Positions 1 through 8,957 of a stretch of DNA of 32,000 nucleotides are shown piece after piece; position 1 is the stretch's first letter; each line of letters opens with the position of its first letter. The DNA is from Candidatus Saccharimonadota bacterium. Lineage in GTDB: Bacteria > Patescibacteriota > Saccharimonadia > Saccharimonadales > Saccharimonadaceae. The notes under the pieces are model-generated. The model saw only the letters and a program-made list of their open reading frames with translations, did no database searches and was not told the origin of the DNA. Position numbers and translations under genes: made by a program. Location: the NCBI GenBank assembly GCA_002421785.1, contig DIRZ01000002.1, positions 90,001 to 122,000 on the forward strand. Direction: 5' to 3'.

Positions 1-106
1 CTGTTGCTTCCCACTTTTCAATCCCCTGCGTATAACTGGTCGCCAGGCCATAGGCCAGCGCCGTCAAAAAGAACGTCAGGTAGCTTACGAGCGCTATCAC
101 TGCCAC
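1..106 (-). CDS. Partial CDS (N-terminal part; the gene continues past the window start), hypothetical membrane-anchored protein
   Basis: A minus-strand frame is open from a GTG at 106 to the window edge. It begins with a hydrophobic helix (AVIALVSYLTFFLTALAYGLA). No family motif was recognised and the start is uncertain. Confidence 0.25.
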   Translation of the reverse strand, partial: MAVIALVSYLTFFLTALAYGLATSYTQGIEKWEAT

Positions 107-215
107 GATTAATATAAATCGTGCTTTTTCTTTTACGAGCTCATTTATCGCTAAAAACATGTACCTTTATTATAGGCGACCCACTCGTCGAAAGCTATGG
201 CCACCTATGTGCAGC

Positions 216-614
216 CTACTCGGTTGTTGTACCGTCAAATTCTGGCGCGTCCTGCACTGCGTCTTCCTTCGTAGCGCGCACAATCCCGTCCTTGTGGTGC
301 GGTGGCGTGTAGAGCGTGTACATGTTCAGTGGTTCGGTGTCTGATGTATTAATGATATTGTGCCGCGCGCCTGCGGGGACAATGATTGCCGAGCCATCGG
401 TGACTTGGTATTGATTCCCGTCGATTTCCACGCGCCCGGTGCCGCGCTCAAAACGGAAAAATTGGTCATTCTTGCCATGTGTTTCCTCGCCGATTGCTTC
501 GCCTGGTTTCAGGCTCATTAGCACTAACTGTGCATGAGCACCCGTATACACTACGTGGCGAAAATCGGTATTCTCCATCGTCATTTGTTCAATGTCTCCG
601 TGAAATCCGCGCAT
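216..614 (-). CDS. Cupin domain protein
   Basis: 132-aa ORF with cupin-like motifs (GEAIGEETHGKNDQFF and GSAIIVPAGARHNIIN). A purine-rich GGAAGGA sits directly upstream of the ATG. Confidence 0.7.
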   Translation of the reverse strand: MRGFHGDIEQMTMENTDFRHVVYTGAHAQLVLMSLKPGEAIGEETHGKNDQFFRFERGTGRVEIDGNQYQVTDGSAIIVPAGARHNIINTSDTEPLNMYTLYTPPHHKDGIVRATKEDAVQDAPEFDGTTTE

Positions 615-678
615 ATCCTTCCGTCCTTTCCTTTACAATTATTACCCCTATTATACGCCTCCTCACATTCCCCGTAAA

Positions 679-707
679 TTGACTATGCATAGTGTTTGTG
701 TTATAAT
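679..707 (+). promoter_or_regulatory. Sigma70-type promoter for a leaderless transcript: TTGACT, 17 nt, TATAAT with TGT extended -10
   Basis: TTGACT lies at 679-684 and TATAAT at 702-707, preceded by TGT. The ATG at 714 is 6 nt after the -10, so the predicted TSS falls on the A of the ATG. Confidence 0.6.
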
Positions 708-713
708 GAATAC

Positions 714-938
714 ATGACTTATAACCCCGAAAGCCGCAAGAAGGATATCATCGAGCGCGTTGGCGATTTCACCTTCGGCGTACAAGCCGTTGGTGCGGTG
801 GCCTGCACGCTTATTGGGTTTATGCCCGGTGCCGTTGTCCTCGGCGCAGGGGCAGCTCTCGACAAAGCGGGCAACAACCTATACAAACAAGCCCGCGAAC
901 ACACCCGCCGCAAGCTCGGCGGCATCGCTACCAAGTAG
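714..938 (+). CDS. Small hypothetical membrane protein (74 aa)
   Basis: Read from the ATG at 714. The TTG at 696 in the ORF track would overlap the -10 box. It has one Gly/Ala-rich hydrophobic segment and no family was recognised. Confidence 0.5.
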   Translation: MTYNPESRKKDIIERVGDFTFGVQAVGAVACTLIGFMPGAVVLGAGAALDKAGNNLYKQAREHTRRKLGGIATK

Positions 939-946
939 CTACTCGC

Positions 947-1165
947 TTACAATCCGAACGATTTCAGCGCTTCATATACCAGAAAAGCTGGCCACACCAG
1001 GGCTTTCAAGAACCCAAGCACGCCCATCCAAAAGTCCGGCGCAATCGAAATGTAGTACACTGCTGCACCGATGACGCCCAGCCCGTACACTGCTCCGCTG
1101 CCGCCAGCACTATAGTTGTTGTTACTGTGGTTGCACTGTGCTTCTTTGTCGCCATTTGTCTTCAT
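947..1165 (-). CDS. Small hypothetical membrane protein (72 aa)
   Basis: The ORF has two hydrophobic segments. TATAGT at 1173-1178 lies 7 nt upstream of the ATG. No family was recognised. Confidence 0.5.
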   Translation of the reverse strand: MKTNGDKEAQCNHSNNNYSAGGSGAVYGLGVIGAAVYYISIAPDFWMGVLGFLKALVWPAFLVYEALKSFGL

Positions 1166-1217
1166 AGTTCAGACTATATGCCTATGTACACAGAAATACA
1201 ATCATAGCCAAGCGCTG

Positions 1218-2498
1218 CTACGTGTTCAGCTCGTCAAACTTGGCAGCCATGGTCGGGTTGCCACGCGTTAGGCGCTTGATGGTTAGGTCTTCGGCCTTGT
1301 TGTTTGCTAGGCGCAGGTTGTTTTCTGACGACAGCAGTGCGTCCTTTGTCTTTTGCAAGTGATCGATCGTTTTGTCGATTTCGTCGATGGCAGTTTTGAA
1401 CTTGCGGCTGGCCAGGTCGTAGTTACGCGCGAAGCCTTCTTTGAAGCTATTAATGTTATCTTCGAAGTTTGTGATGTCCACATTTTGCGCCTTTACCAGC
1501 GCCAGCTCGCTCTTATACTTCAGCGAATTAAGTGCGGCATTGCGCAATAGCGTGATCATGGGTATAAAGAACTGCGGGCGTATCACATACATTTTTGGGT
1601 GCTTGTGCGATACATCCACGATGCCGGTGTTATACAGCTCACTGTCGGCTTCCAGCAGCGACACCAGCACGGCATATTCACACTTCTTTTCCATGCGGTC
1701 TTTGTCGAGCTCACGCAAAAAGTCTTCGTTGCGCTTTTTGGTAGCCGTTTCGTCGCCTTCGTTTTTCATTTCAAACATGATGGAGATAATCTCATTGCCA
1801 GCGTCGTCGGTTTCGCGGTAAATGTAGTCACCCTTACTCCCGCTGCGCGCATCGTTGTCTTTTTCGAAGTAGGCGCGGGGGAACGCACTCGCCCGCAGCT
1901 TGTTAAACTCAGTTTCACAGTGCTGCTCCAGGGTTTCACCCACCATTTTGGTCGAAAGCTTGACCTTCATATCCTTGTAGTAGGCAATCATTTCTTCTTT
2001 GGTGCGCAGCTCGGCTTCGTACTTTTCCTTCAGTGACGTTGCCAACAGTTGCTGCTCGGTATCTTTACTTACCAGCTTGTTGGCCAGCTCGTCGCGCTGT
2101 TTTTCCACCCGGTTGACGGCTTCCGTCACGGCCAGTTTCTTTTCGGTTTCCGTTGCGTCCAGTTGTGCGCGCAGTCGTACCAACTCCGACTCTTGCTCGG
2201 CATTTAGCTTGGCCAGGGCAGCGTCTTTTTCGGCCCGTAGCTCCGCCACTTCGGCGTCACGGCGTGCTTTTAGCTCCGCCAGCTCTGTGTCTTTTTTGGC
2301 GAGGCCAGCTTGTAGCTCGTTCTTAGTGGTAGCCATAGCTAGCTCGACGGCGCTTTGCTTTTCGCGCTCAAACAGTTGCAGCCGCTCATGCAGCTCCGCA
2401 TCAAACTCACGGTCACGCACTTGCTTCAGGATGTCAGCGAACCCGGCTTCGTCTACCTTGAAGGCTTTTTTGCAGTGGGGGCATATAATTTCGTTCAT
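1218..2498 (-). CDS. DUF2130 domain protein (N-terminal Zn-ribbon plus long coiled coil)
   Basis: 426 aa. The N-terminus [29 protein letters not shown] is typical of DUF2130, followed by an E/K/A/L-rich coiled coil. The start overlaps the dinD stop (ATGA, 2495-2498). Confidence 0.75.
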   Translation of the reverse strand: MNEIICPHCKKAFKVDEAGFADILKQVRDREFDAELHERLQLFEREKQSAVELAMATTKNELQAGLAKKDTELAELKARRDAEVAELRAEKDAALAKLNAEQESELVRLRAQLDATETEKKLAVTEAVNRVEKQRDELANKLVSKDTEQQLLATSLKEKYEAELRTKEEMIAYYKDMKVKLSTKMVGETLEQHCETEFNKLRASAFPRAYFEKDNDARSGSKGDYIYRETDDAGNEIISIMFEMKNEGDETATKKRNEDFLRELDKDRMEKKCEYAVLVSLLEADSELYNTGIVDVSHKHPKMYVIRPQFFIPMITLLRNAALNSLKYKSELALVKAQNVDITNFEDNINSFKEGFARNYDLASRKFKTAIDEIDKTIDHLQKTKDALLSSENNLRLANNKAEDLTIKRLTRGNPTMAAKFDELNT

Positions 2499-3340
2499 GA
2501 TTTTTGACCTTTTTTAGCCACCTTAAGAGCCGTTTTTTCATCACTAGCAAGCTTGCGCTGAATCTTCTTAACGTCTAAATCTGGCGGCAAATACTCTGGC
2601 TTGACGCCACGCTCACCCAGAATCTTACGTATTGCCGTGTTGTTCGCAACGTGTTCGCCGGAAATTCTTTGTTGACCGCGCAGATCTTTATCGATCACGT
2701 TGTGCTTTGTGAGTTCTGCAGCAAAATCCTTAGCTTTAATAGTAAGCGTGGGCAAAAAATCAGCCAATGGTCGTTTTGCCGGTACATGTAACCTGGACTT
2801 CATCTCAGCTGTTGAATAGCCTCCAAAAAGGGCTTGGTCACCCTGTGCACGAATCAGCGCAAACCCTGGGCTATCCACTCCCCGTTCATACAAAACACCC
2901 GATAACTTCTTTTCAGTTTGCGACAACTTTTCACGTGCTTCAACACGTTCTATATCCAAAAGCCGCTGCTCTATAATCTCCTGCCTGCGTGTCTGTACAG
3001 CAAAGTACGTTTGCGCAAATGCCACCTGCGTTTTTGTCGAATCGCCGTTTTGAGCGATCAAATAACAGGCATAACGAGTAAGGCTGTAGTCTGTAACTTC
3101 GCGCTGAGCGCCCTTTCCAGTTTCTATCGTCTTCCTGGCTTCAAGAAAATGATTATTTATGTCATAGCCACTATTCTTTGTGGCATCCATAGCACGTTTA
3201 ATAGCCTTTTCGAAGTTTTCCCACTTACTATAGCCGAGCAGAACCTGTAGCTCGCGTGCGCTCCAATATTCTATACCCAATTCTTCCTGCTTAATATCTT
3301 CGAAGCTAGCAAATAATTGCTTGATCAATTCTTTTTTCAT
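2495..3340 (-). CDS. dinD: DNA damage-inducible protein D (DinD family)
   Basis: 281 aa. Blocks shared with E. coli DinD were recalled from memory: [26 protein letters not shown] and [14 protein letters not shown]. The start overlaps the lexA-like stop (ATGA, 3337-3340). Confidence 0.8.
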   Translation of the reverse strand: MKKELIKQLFASFEDIKQEELGIEYWSARELQVLLGYSKWENFEKAIKRAMDATKNSGYDINNHFLEARKTIETGKGAQREVTDYSLTRYACYLIAQNGDSTKTQVAFAQTYFAVQTRRQEIIEQRLLDIERVEAREKLSQTEKKLSGVLYERGVDSPGFALIRAQGDQALFGGYSTAEMKSRLHVPAKRPLADFLPTLTIKAKDFAAELTKHNVIDKDLRGQQRISGEHVANNTAIRKILGERGVKPEYLPPDLDVKKIQRKLASDEKTALKVAKKGQKS

Positions 3341-3969
3341 GACTCCACTCCTTTTATCACATCAACCACCTTGCCCTCCACGGCAAAGTCATCGCGGTCG
3401 CTAATCACAATTGGGGCAAAGTCGTCCTGCCGGTGCGATTCCGATAGCAGTAGTACTCGCTGCCGAGCATTATCACGCCGCAGGCGCTTCACGTTCGCCA
3501 GGCCCGCGATGATGGATACCACAATGTCACCGTCCTTCGGTACGTAATCATCCCGCTTTTCAATTACAATGTAGTCACCGTTTTCGATGGTTTTGCCTTC
3601 CACCGTTGCGCGGTTCATAGAATCCCCACGCGCCACCAGGGCATACAATCGCTCCGAAAGCTTCGGCTTCAGCACGCTCGGTGACACCGCCAGGTTATCG
3701 ACGATTCGGCCATCCGCATAGCGCGTCGCTTCGCCACAATCTGCCTCGCCCATCACGGGTATCATCACCAGTCCAGCATTCGTGCGCAGCGCCGGCACCA
3801 GCCGTCCATCCTTACGTACCAAATCGCCCCGCTTCACCAGCTGCTTCAGGTGATGGGTAATCTGAGATGGATACTCGCAGTTAACCATCTCTACCAAATC
3901 CACCCTGCGCAGCCGCTCGATATCTTCGAGCTTAGCAATGTCGAGCAATTTTTGCTGAATTGGGTTCAT
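3337..3969 (-). CDS. lexA: LexA-like repressor (wHTH plus S24 peptidase domain)
   Basis: 210 aa with an N-terminal wHTH. The S24 Ser/Lys dyad context is ARGDSM and ANVKRL, with a Gly-containing linker EADCGEA. Confidence 0.75.
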   Translation of the reverse strand: MNPIQQKLLDIAKLEDIERLRRVDLVEMVNCEYPSQITHHLKQLVKRGDLVRKDGRLVPALRTNAGLVMIPVMGEADCGEATRYADGRIVDNLAVSPSVLKPKLSERLYALVARGDSMNRATVEGKTIENGDYIVIEKRDDYVPKDGDIVVSIIAGLANVKRLRRDNARQRVLLLSESHRQDDFAPIVISDRDDFAVEGKVVDVIKGVES

Positions 3970-3975
3970 ATACCC

Positions 3976-3984
3976 AGTGTAGCA
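3976..3984 (-). promoter_or_regulatory. Extended -10 promoter element (TGcTACACT) 6 nt upstream of the lexA ATG
   Basis: The minus strand reads TGCTACACT-gggtat-ATG, which is a leaderless geometry. Confidence 0.45.
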
Positions 3985-4038
3985 TACCGCTCGTGTTTTG
4001 TGTCTTTTTTGTGTTTTTTACAACCTAACTTGGCATGT

Positions 4039-4659
4039 TTAGTCTGCCAGCACTTCTTCGTCACGCGCAAATGGCAACAGCGCGGCCACGTAGCCAGTCC
4101 AGCTATCGCGGGTCAGCAGCAGCACCATGAGGCCATTAAACACCGCGGCATATAGCGGATACACCACGCCAGTCAGGGCAGCTCCCGAAAGCACTGCGGC
4201 CAGTAGCCCCAGCCCCGAACCCAGTACCGACAGTCCATACGCGCTCAGTGATTCTTCTTCTGGCGCCACCCACCCGTGTACGATGGTTGGCACAAACGCA
4301 ATGATGTCGACAGTGACCGCCACGAAAATTGCGAGCGCAGGGTTATCGAGCATTACCCAGGCAGCAATGCCCAGCGCCGCGCCAACTAGGCTTACAATGT
4401 CTAGTTTGTCCAGGCTTTTGTTGCCTTGCTTCAGGCCAAACAGCAACACAAGCGCGGTCGCACCAACCGTCACGCTCGACATAATGGCGCTCATCACCTG
4501 CCCGCTTGTAAATGCAGCGCCGGTCAGTAGCGCCGCCAGTACGCACCACGTAAACCACGACACCACTTTTGGCCGCACACTCCCCCTATACACGCCGCGT
4601 ATGTACGGCACGGCGCTCATGGCAGACACGACTGCGCCGATGATGACTAATAGTTCCAT
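4039..4659 (-). CDS. Polytopic membrane protein, PQ-loop/SWEET-like internal repeat (putative transporter)
   Basis: Read from the ATG at 4659 (MELLVIIG), preceded by AGGAAGGA. The protein is about 206 aa with about 7 hydrophobic segments. Two similar loop motifs (SAVPYIRGVYRG and AFVPTIVHGW) suggest a 3+1+3 repeat. The family assignment is tentative. Confidence 0.6.
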   Translation of the reverse strand: MELLVIIGAVVSAMSAVPYIRGVYRGSVRPKVVSWFTWCVLAALLTGAAFTSGQVMSAIMSSVTVGATALVLLFGLKQGNKSLDKLDIVSLVGAALGIAAWVMLDNPALAIFVAVTVDIIAFVPTIVHGWVAPEEESLSAYGLSVLGSGLGLLAAVLSGAALTGVVYPLYAAVFNGLMVLLLTRDSWTGYVAALLPFARDEEVLAD

Positions 4660-4877
4660 TGTTGTTCCTTCCTGTGCCATGCCCACCCTAAAAAACCTTG
4701 CTCCGCAAAGGAGCCCGGTGGCATACGCGCACACTTGATTTAGTTGTTAGTACACGTCGAGAATACTCATCGACTTATATTGCCGATCAGTTAGTGCTGA
4801 ACCGATCAAGTGTCCGCCCTAGTGGCGGGTGTCAGCTTCCTCCAGAGAGCATACCAATGGATTCGCAGAAGCTTGTT
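4660..4877 (-). promoter_or_regulatory. Roughly 215-nt structured 5' leader (riboswitch or attenuator candidate, class not identified)
   Basis: There is no credible ORF here. A 9-bp long-range helix (4731-4739 with 4805-4813) encloses hairpins at 4756-4774 and about 4785-4802. Further elements are a hairpin at 4814-4828 and a 6-bp helix (4834-4839 with 4868-4873). A terminator lies directly before the RBS. Confidence 0.45.
4690..4718 (-). terminator. Intrinsic terminator or attenuator inside the leader
   Basis: The minus strand reads CCGGGCUCC-UUUGC-GGAGCAAGG followed by UUUUUU. It lies about 30 nt upstream of the start codon at 4659. Confidence 0.5.
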
Positions 4878-4883
4878 ACCACT

Positions 4884-4912
4884 AGTATATCACATTTCGC
4901 GCCGACCGCGAA
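4884..4912 (-). promoter_or_regulatory. Promoter for the leader and transporter transcript (TTCGCG, 17 nt, TGaTATACT)
   Basis: The -35 is at 4907-4912 and the -10 TATACT at 4884-4889, with an upstream TGn. Confidence 0.45.
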
Positions 4913-4923
4913 GCCACCTAAGC

Positions 4924-4952
4924 AAACGACCGCCCTGTGTGAGCGGTCGTTT
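4924..4952 (-). terminator. Hairpin downstream of the arsR-like gene (probable terminator)
   Basis: A 10-bp perfect stem, AAACGACCGC / GCGGTCGTTT, with a 9-nt loop. On the minus strand the tail is GCUUAGG, so the U-tract is weak. Confidence 0.45.
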
Positions 4953-5012
4953 GCGGTGATTTATGGGGTTAGTTGCATGGGCACATATACATACTCCTTT
5001 TACTTTGTTAGG

Positions 5013-5357
5013 TTAAACATCCCGGGAACTGGCTAGCGCCCTGTGGCGATCGGTTGAGCAGTTTGTGCATGCTGCACCGCAGTAATTCTGGATGTGCTGA
5101 TCGGCAAGCTGCAGTAATGGCACAATCGTTTCGTCGTTCAGCGAATAATAGCGGTTTTTACCCTGCACCTCAATGTGTACGCAGTTACACACCAGCAGTT
5201 TCTTCAGGTTGTGCGACACGGCCGACTGTTCCTGCCCTGTGCCTTCGGCAATCTGCGACACATTTTGTGAGCCATGTAGCTTTAGGTACTGCAAAATATC
5301 CAGGCGACTATCGCCGGAAAGTGTTGCAAAAAATTGCTTGTATGAAATGTGGCTCAT
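5013..5357 (-). CDS. ArsR/SmtB-family transcriptional regulator
   Basis: 114 aa. The wHTH region LSGDSRLDILQYLKLHGSQNVSQIAEGTGQEQSAVSHNLKKL is typical of ArsR, and the tail is Cys-rich. Confidence 0.75.
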   Translation of the reverse strand: MSHISYKQFFATLSGDSRLDILQYLKLHGSQNVSQIAEGTGQEQSAVSHNLKKLLVCNCVHIEVQGKNRYYSLNDETIVPLLQLADQHIQNYCGAACTNCSTDRHRALASSRDV

Positions 5358-5363
5358 ATGAAT

Positions 5364-5391
5364 AGTTTATCATACGTAGTGTTGGTGTCAA
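5364..5391 (-). promoter_or_regulatory. Promoter TTGACA, 16 nt, TAAACT, 6 nt upstream of the arsR ATG
   Basis: TTGACA lies at 5386-5391 and TAAACT at 5364-5369, in leaderless geometry. Confidence 0.45.
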
Positions 5392-6027
5392 CTAGTTTTT
5401 GCTATTCGGTAGGTAATTCTCGTCAAACGACTTGCGGATGCTCGCGAGGGCCTTTCCTTGGTATTTGTATACCTGGAATCCATTTCTGTGCCCACCTACT
5501 GCATCAATGACTGCGCGTGAGATTGACTTAACACTGCCGTCAGGTAACTGAACCTGGTTGACTTCATCTACTACGATTACGTCCGGTATATTTTCATTTG
5601 CAGCGATGAGTTTACTGCCAACTGGCACGCCTAGCATCTTAAACGTCGTGCGATTCCCCTGCTGCTTGATGGTTGTTTCGTCTTTTTCTTCAACGCTACT
5701 GACATTACCGTACTCTACAATTTCCGCATCATCCAATAGTCGGCATAGATTCTTCAGTAAATCAGCCGCATCGACTGGATCAATCTCAAAGAACTCCCTG
5801 TTATTTCTGGTCCTAAAATCTGTCAGTTTGTCCAGCTCACGGCGAATCACACTCTCAAGTAACTTGTACTTACTAGTCTCCACGGTCATATACGGGTCAA
5901 ACGGCAGCGGCACACCAGTTTTGTCCAATTGCGCCAACCGGTCCTTTAGATTAATCGTATACCCAATTTTTATGATGTTGTCCCGGTAGCTCGGGTTAGT
6001 AAGAATATAGACGAATCCTTTTTGCAT
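5392..6027 (-). CDS. T5orf172/GIY-YIG-superfamily nuclease-like protein with an uncharacterised C-terminal domain
   Basis: The N-terminus QKGFVYILTNPSYRDNIIKIGYT...RLAQL is the T5orf172 (MUG113) signature. I prefer the ATG at 6027. The TTG at 6060 in the ORF track would overlap the res stop. Confidence 0.65.
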   Translation of the reverse strand: MQKGFVYILTNPSYRDNIIKIGYTINLKDRLAQLDKTGVPLPFDPYMTVETSKYKLLESVIRRELDKLTDFRTRNNREFFEIDPVDAADLLKNLCRLLDDAEIVEYGNVSSVEEKDETTIKQQGNRTTFKMLGVPVGSKLIAANENIPDVIVVDEVNQVQLPDGSVKSISRAVIDAVGGHRNGFQVYKYQGKALASIRKSFDENYLPNSKN

Positions 6028-6047
6028 GTTGTCATTATGTGGCACAG

Positions 6048-8957
6048 TTAAACTCTCCAATCATCTGGAGTTGATTTTGCATAGTCATGCATACCGATCT
6101 CGGCAAAGTGTTTTTTAGCGCACTCTATTTTTGCTAGTTCCGATTCTCGCTCGCCACCATTTTTAGTTTCACGCACCATGTAAATTTTTTCGCTACCTTC
6201 GACTTCCTTGACGATCGCCCAGTCGGGATTGTATGGACCAACAGGCGTAGGCACGACAAACTTTGCCGGCAACTTCAAAAAAAGCTTTATGTCATCACGA
6301 CTATCTAAATACTGGGCAAACTCGAGTTCGGTCGCAGAATCAAGCGCCAGTTTATCAGATATAGATTTTTGACTATTCTTCACCTCATATAGTCGATCAA
6401 TAAACCGTTCGACTTCATCTTCGCTATCGCGCTGGAATTCACGTAGCTCATAGACTTCATCTGCGATTTTCTCATACTGTATTCCATCGACTACTACTTT
6501 TGCCAAGACAGACTTAATCGCACTTTTTACCATCTGGATATAGTCATATGGATTGCTCAGGAACTCATGTAAGCGATTGCTACCTTGCAATATATCTACA
6601 ATAGTTTTACGAGTCAGGCTGGTCTCGGCCTGCAACTCCCGAATCACGTCCGGCAACTCAAATGTACCGGCCAGGTCGTTGCTGCTTTCGCCCACCACAC
6701 CAGCGTGGTGCATCCCGCCACGAACAAGCTTCATCCTGCTCTTGATAACCTCTATACGAAGCGGTTTGATCTCGGGTGCATGTTTGATAGATTCAACTGC
6801 CGCCATCACTACGCGACCATTATCAAACGACACTCGGTATGTCGTCTTACGAGAGATTTTCTTCCAGAGAGCTTCTAACTCTGGACTATAGAGTATCTCT
6901 TTGTTGAGCTTAATAGTCTGCTTCTGACGCGCATCTTTAACGAACTTATCAATTTTACAACTCTCAACGACATCCACAACCTCACTATGGTATTTCTGTA
7001 AATCACCGGGTAGATCCAGGTTGAAGCCAATATTTTGCGGCGTAAAGTTTGCCAATACCTTGCCGTCAGAGTCGATCATTCCTCGACGGTGCAGGTGGTC
7101 CCAAATTTCACGGGAAGCCTCATGCCCGAGGGTCTTATTCACATCGTCGTGCAGTCGGATTCGCGCAAATTCACCGTGTCGCACATATCCAATCTGAATC
7201 CCAGCCTTTTTATATTCTTTTTGCAGGTTGGTGGCAAAGTCACGGTATGACTCATTCGCTACCACCATCAGTTGATTTATCTGTTCGTCAAATACTCGCG
7301 TGCCGTCTTGACGCACTGGTAGGCGCAACCCGCGACCAATTGTTTGGCGTCGATCGTTCTCGCTGCTACTTTCGCGCATCATACATATCTGGAAAACGTT
7401 TGGATTATCCCAACCCTCTTTTAGCGCAGAGTGGCTGAAAATGAATCGGACAGGATTTGATTGATCGAGCAGCTTTTCTTTACCGCGCATGATCAAGTCA
7501 TAAGCCGACTCGTCGTTAGCATTGCCATTACCCTCTTTGCTATCAACCAAACTTGTCTTACCGCCTTTTCGCATTTCAGCAAAGTAGGCTGCTCGTACTT
7601 CGCTCGATTCTTCGGGAAGCATTTCTATATAGTACGGGCTTTTAGCGCGCTCTTCACGGTACAGCTCATCGAACCATTTTACAAAGCGACCGTCTATCTG
7701 ATTCCCGTCGTCATCATACGTTAAATAGCTCGCTACTTTATCAACGAAGAAAAGGCTAAGGACTTTTATGCCAGCATCCCTCAATAAATACTCACGCTTT
7801 ATGTGTTCCTTCACGGTGGTACGTATCATTTCACGTAGAATTTGATCTTCATTGCCGCCCCAGTTCTCGCCCAGCATTAATACACCATGCGTACCAATTT
7901 CAACATTAGCAGGGATGGTCGAGATGTCGTTTATCGTGTAGCCTTCATAAATGCTATTTCCAGTACGGATATCTAGCTTGTCGTGCTGCTTCACCCAGAG
8001 CGGCTTGCGGCCAACGTTACCGTTTTTGTCACGAACAAGCAGCTCTAGGTATGCTTCTAGCCTCGGCGTATTGCGCGTGTCGAGCAGCTTCACATATGGC
8101 TTAGCATCGCTGCCTTTCTGCTGAGCATTCGCTACCACTATGCCTTTGACAAGCTTCTCGCGATGGGCATCTACTGGGTCAAGCCTGTACATCATATTGT
8201 ACTCACGGCGGTGAGTGGCGCTATATCGCAACGTCCCCAGGGGACTCAATTTATCAATTGCCCCGCCAGCCAAATCACCCTCCATATTCTGTGGCTCATC
8301 CATGATAATGATAGGGTTTGTCGCCGCCATAAAATCTACCGGTGCGATACCGTTCAATTTATCTCGCTCTTGGTGAAATATACGATTTGACTTGTCACCT
8401 TTAATGCTCTGGATGGTCATAATCATGAATTGCATGTTGGTGCTGGTCGCAAAGCTCTGCACTACTTCGGGGCTTTTGCCATCGTATACGTTCATATCAA
8501 ATGGCGTCGCGTACAGCTCCATAAAGTGATCGCGCATACTCTCGATACTACTTTTGACACCTTCTTTAATGGCAACGCTTGGTACGATAATGATAAACTT
8601 CGTGAAGTTGTAGCGCCTTGCCAATTCAAATGCAGTGCGCAGGTACACGTAAGTTTTACCAGTACCAGTCTCCATTTCTATGCTGAAATTCATGCCGTCT
8701 AGCCGTGACAATGGCTCAATTCCATTTTCATTTTGGATAGCTTGAACATTTTCGAGGATTGATTCTTCATCTAGCAACAAGTTATTACCGACCGCACCAA
8801 TCTCACTGAACAAACCTGCTTGCGCGCCACTAACGGCGCGAGTTTTGAGTGCGGTCGAAAAAGCCTCCGCATCATTCGGTTGCCCTTCAAACACGTCAGC
8901 GATAGCATTTATGGCTGTGATCTGAAAATGTTGTTGTGAATCGTATTTAATTTTCAT
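6048..8957 (-). CDS. res: Type III restriction enzyme Res subunit (helicase plus endonuclease)
   Basis: The start MKIKYDSQQHFQ at 8957 is a typical Res N-terminus. It carries Walker A ETGTGKTY, motif II IMDEPQNM, helicase motif VI QTIGRGLRL and a C-terminal PD...E.K nuclease motif (PDWAIV...VRETK). It overlaps the DUF4145 stop. Confidence 0.85.
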   Translation of the reverse strand: MKIKYDSQQHFQITAINAIADVFEGQPNDAEAFSTALKTRAVSGAQAGLFSEIGAVGNNLLLDEESILENVQAIQNENGIEPLSRLDGMNFSIEMETGTGKTYVYLRTAFELARRYNFTKFIIIVPSVAIKEGVKSSIESMRDHFMELYATPFDMNVYDGKSPEVVQSFATSTNMQFMIMTIQSIKGDKSNRIFHQERDKLNGIAPVDFMAATNPIIIMDEPQNMEGDLAGGAIDKLSPLGTLRYSATHRREYNMMYRLDPVDAHREKLVKGIVVANAQQKGSDAKPYVKLLDTRNTPRLEAYLELLVRDKNGNVGRKPLWVKQHDKLDIRTGNSIYEGYTINDISTIPANVEIGTHGVLMLGENWGGNEDQILREMIRTTVKEHIKREYLLRDAGIKVLSLFFVDKVASYLTYDDDGNQIDGRFVKWFDELYREERAKSPYYIEMLPEESSEVRAAYFAEMRKGGKTSLVDSKEGNGNANDESAYDLIMRGKEKLLDQSNPVRFIFSHSALKEGWDNPNVFQICMMRESSSENDRRQTIGRGLRLPVRQDGTRVFDEQINQLMVVANESYRDFATNLQKEYKKAGIQIGYVRHGEFARIRLHDDVNKTLGHEASREIWDHLHRRGMIDSDGKVLANFTPQNIGFNLDLPGDLQKYHSEVVDVVESCKIDKFVKDARQKQTIKLNKEILYSPELEALWKKISRKTTYRVSFDNGRVVMAAVESIKHAPEIKPLRIEVIKSRMKLVRGGMHHAGVVGESSNDLAGTFELPDVIRELQAETSLTRKTIVDILQGSNRLHEFLSNPYDYIQMVKSAIKSVLAKVVVDGIQYEKIADEVYELREFQRDSEDEVERFIDRLYEVKNSQKSISDKLALDSATELEFAQYLDSRDDIKLFLKLPAKFVVPTPVGPYNPDWAIVKEVEGSEKIYMVRETKNGGERESELAKIECAKKHFAEIGMHDYAKSTPDDWRV

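Noticed and set aside
1999-2517. 172-aa Ser/Ala-rich plus-strand ORF, and the other plus-strand ORFs at 1353-2036
   Set aside because: They lie entirely antisense to the well-supported DUF2130 gene. The low-complexity composition mirrors the E/K/A/L coiled-coil codons on the other strand, so these are shadow ORFs.
3970-4038. Search for an SOS box upstream of the lexA-like gene
   Set aside because: There is no GAAC-N4-GTTC, TCGAAC-N4-GTTCGA or CTGT-N8-ACAG palindrome. The only near hit (GAACCCAATTC, inside the coding start) has the wrong spacing. No operator is claimed.
4127-4738. 203-aa plus-strand ORF
   Set aside because: It is antisense to the polytopic membrane-protein gene. It has an Ala/Ser/Thr/Pro-rich shadow composition and no start context.
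4800-4880. Possible cobalamin or TPP riboswitch assignment for the leader
   Set aside because: Only short fragments resemble those cores (UGCGAAUCC, CCCGCCACU, ACUUGAUCGG). The spacing is wrong, and the B12 box and the GCG.AGGGA element of TPP are missing, so the class is left unassigned.
4698-5036. 112-aa TTG-initiated ORF spanning the arsR/transporter intergenic gap
   Set aside because: It overlaps both flanking genes, has no SD or promoter, and the sequence looks non-protein-like. The region is better explained by a terminator, a promoter and a structured leader on the minus strand.
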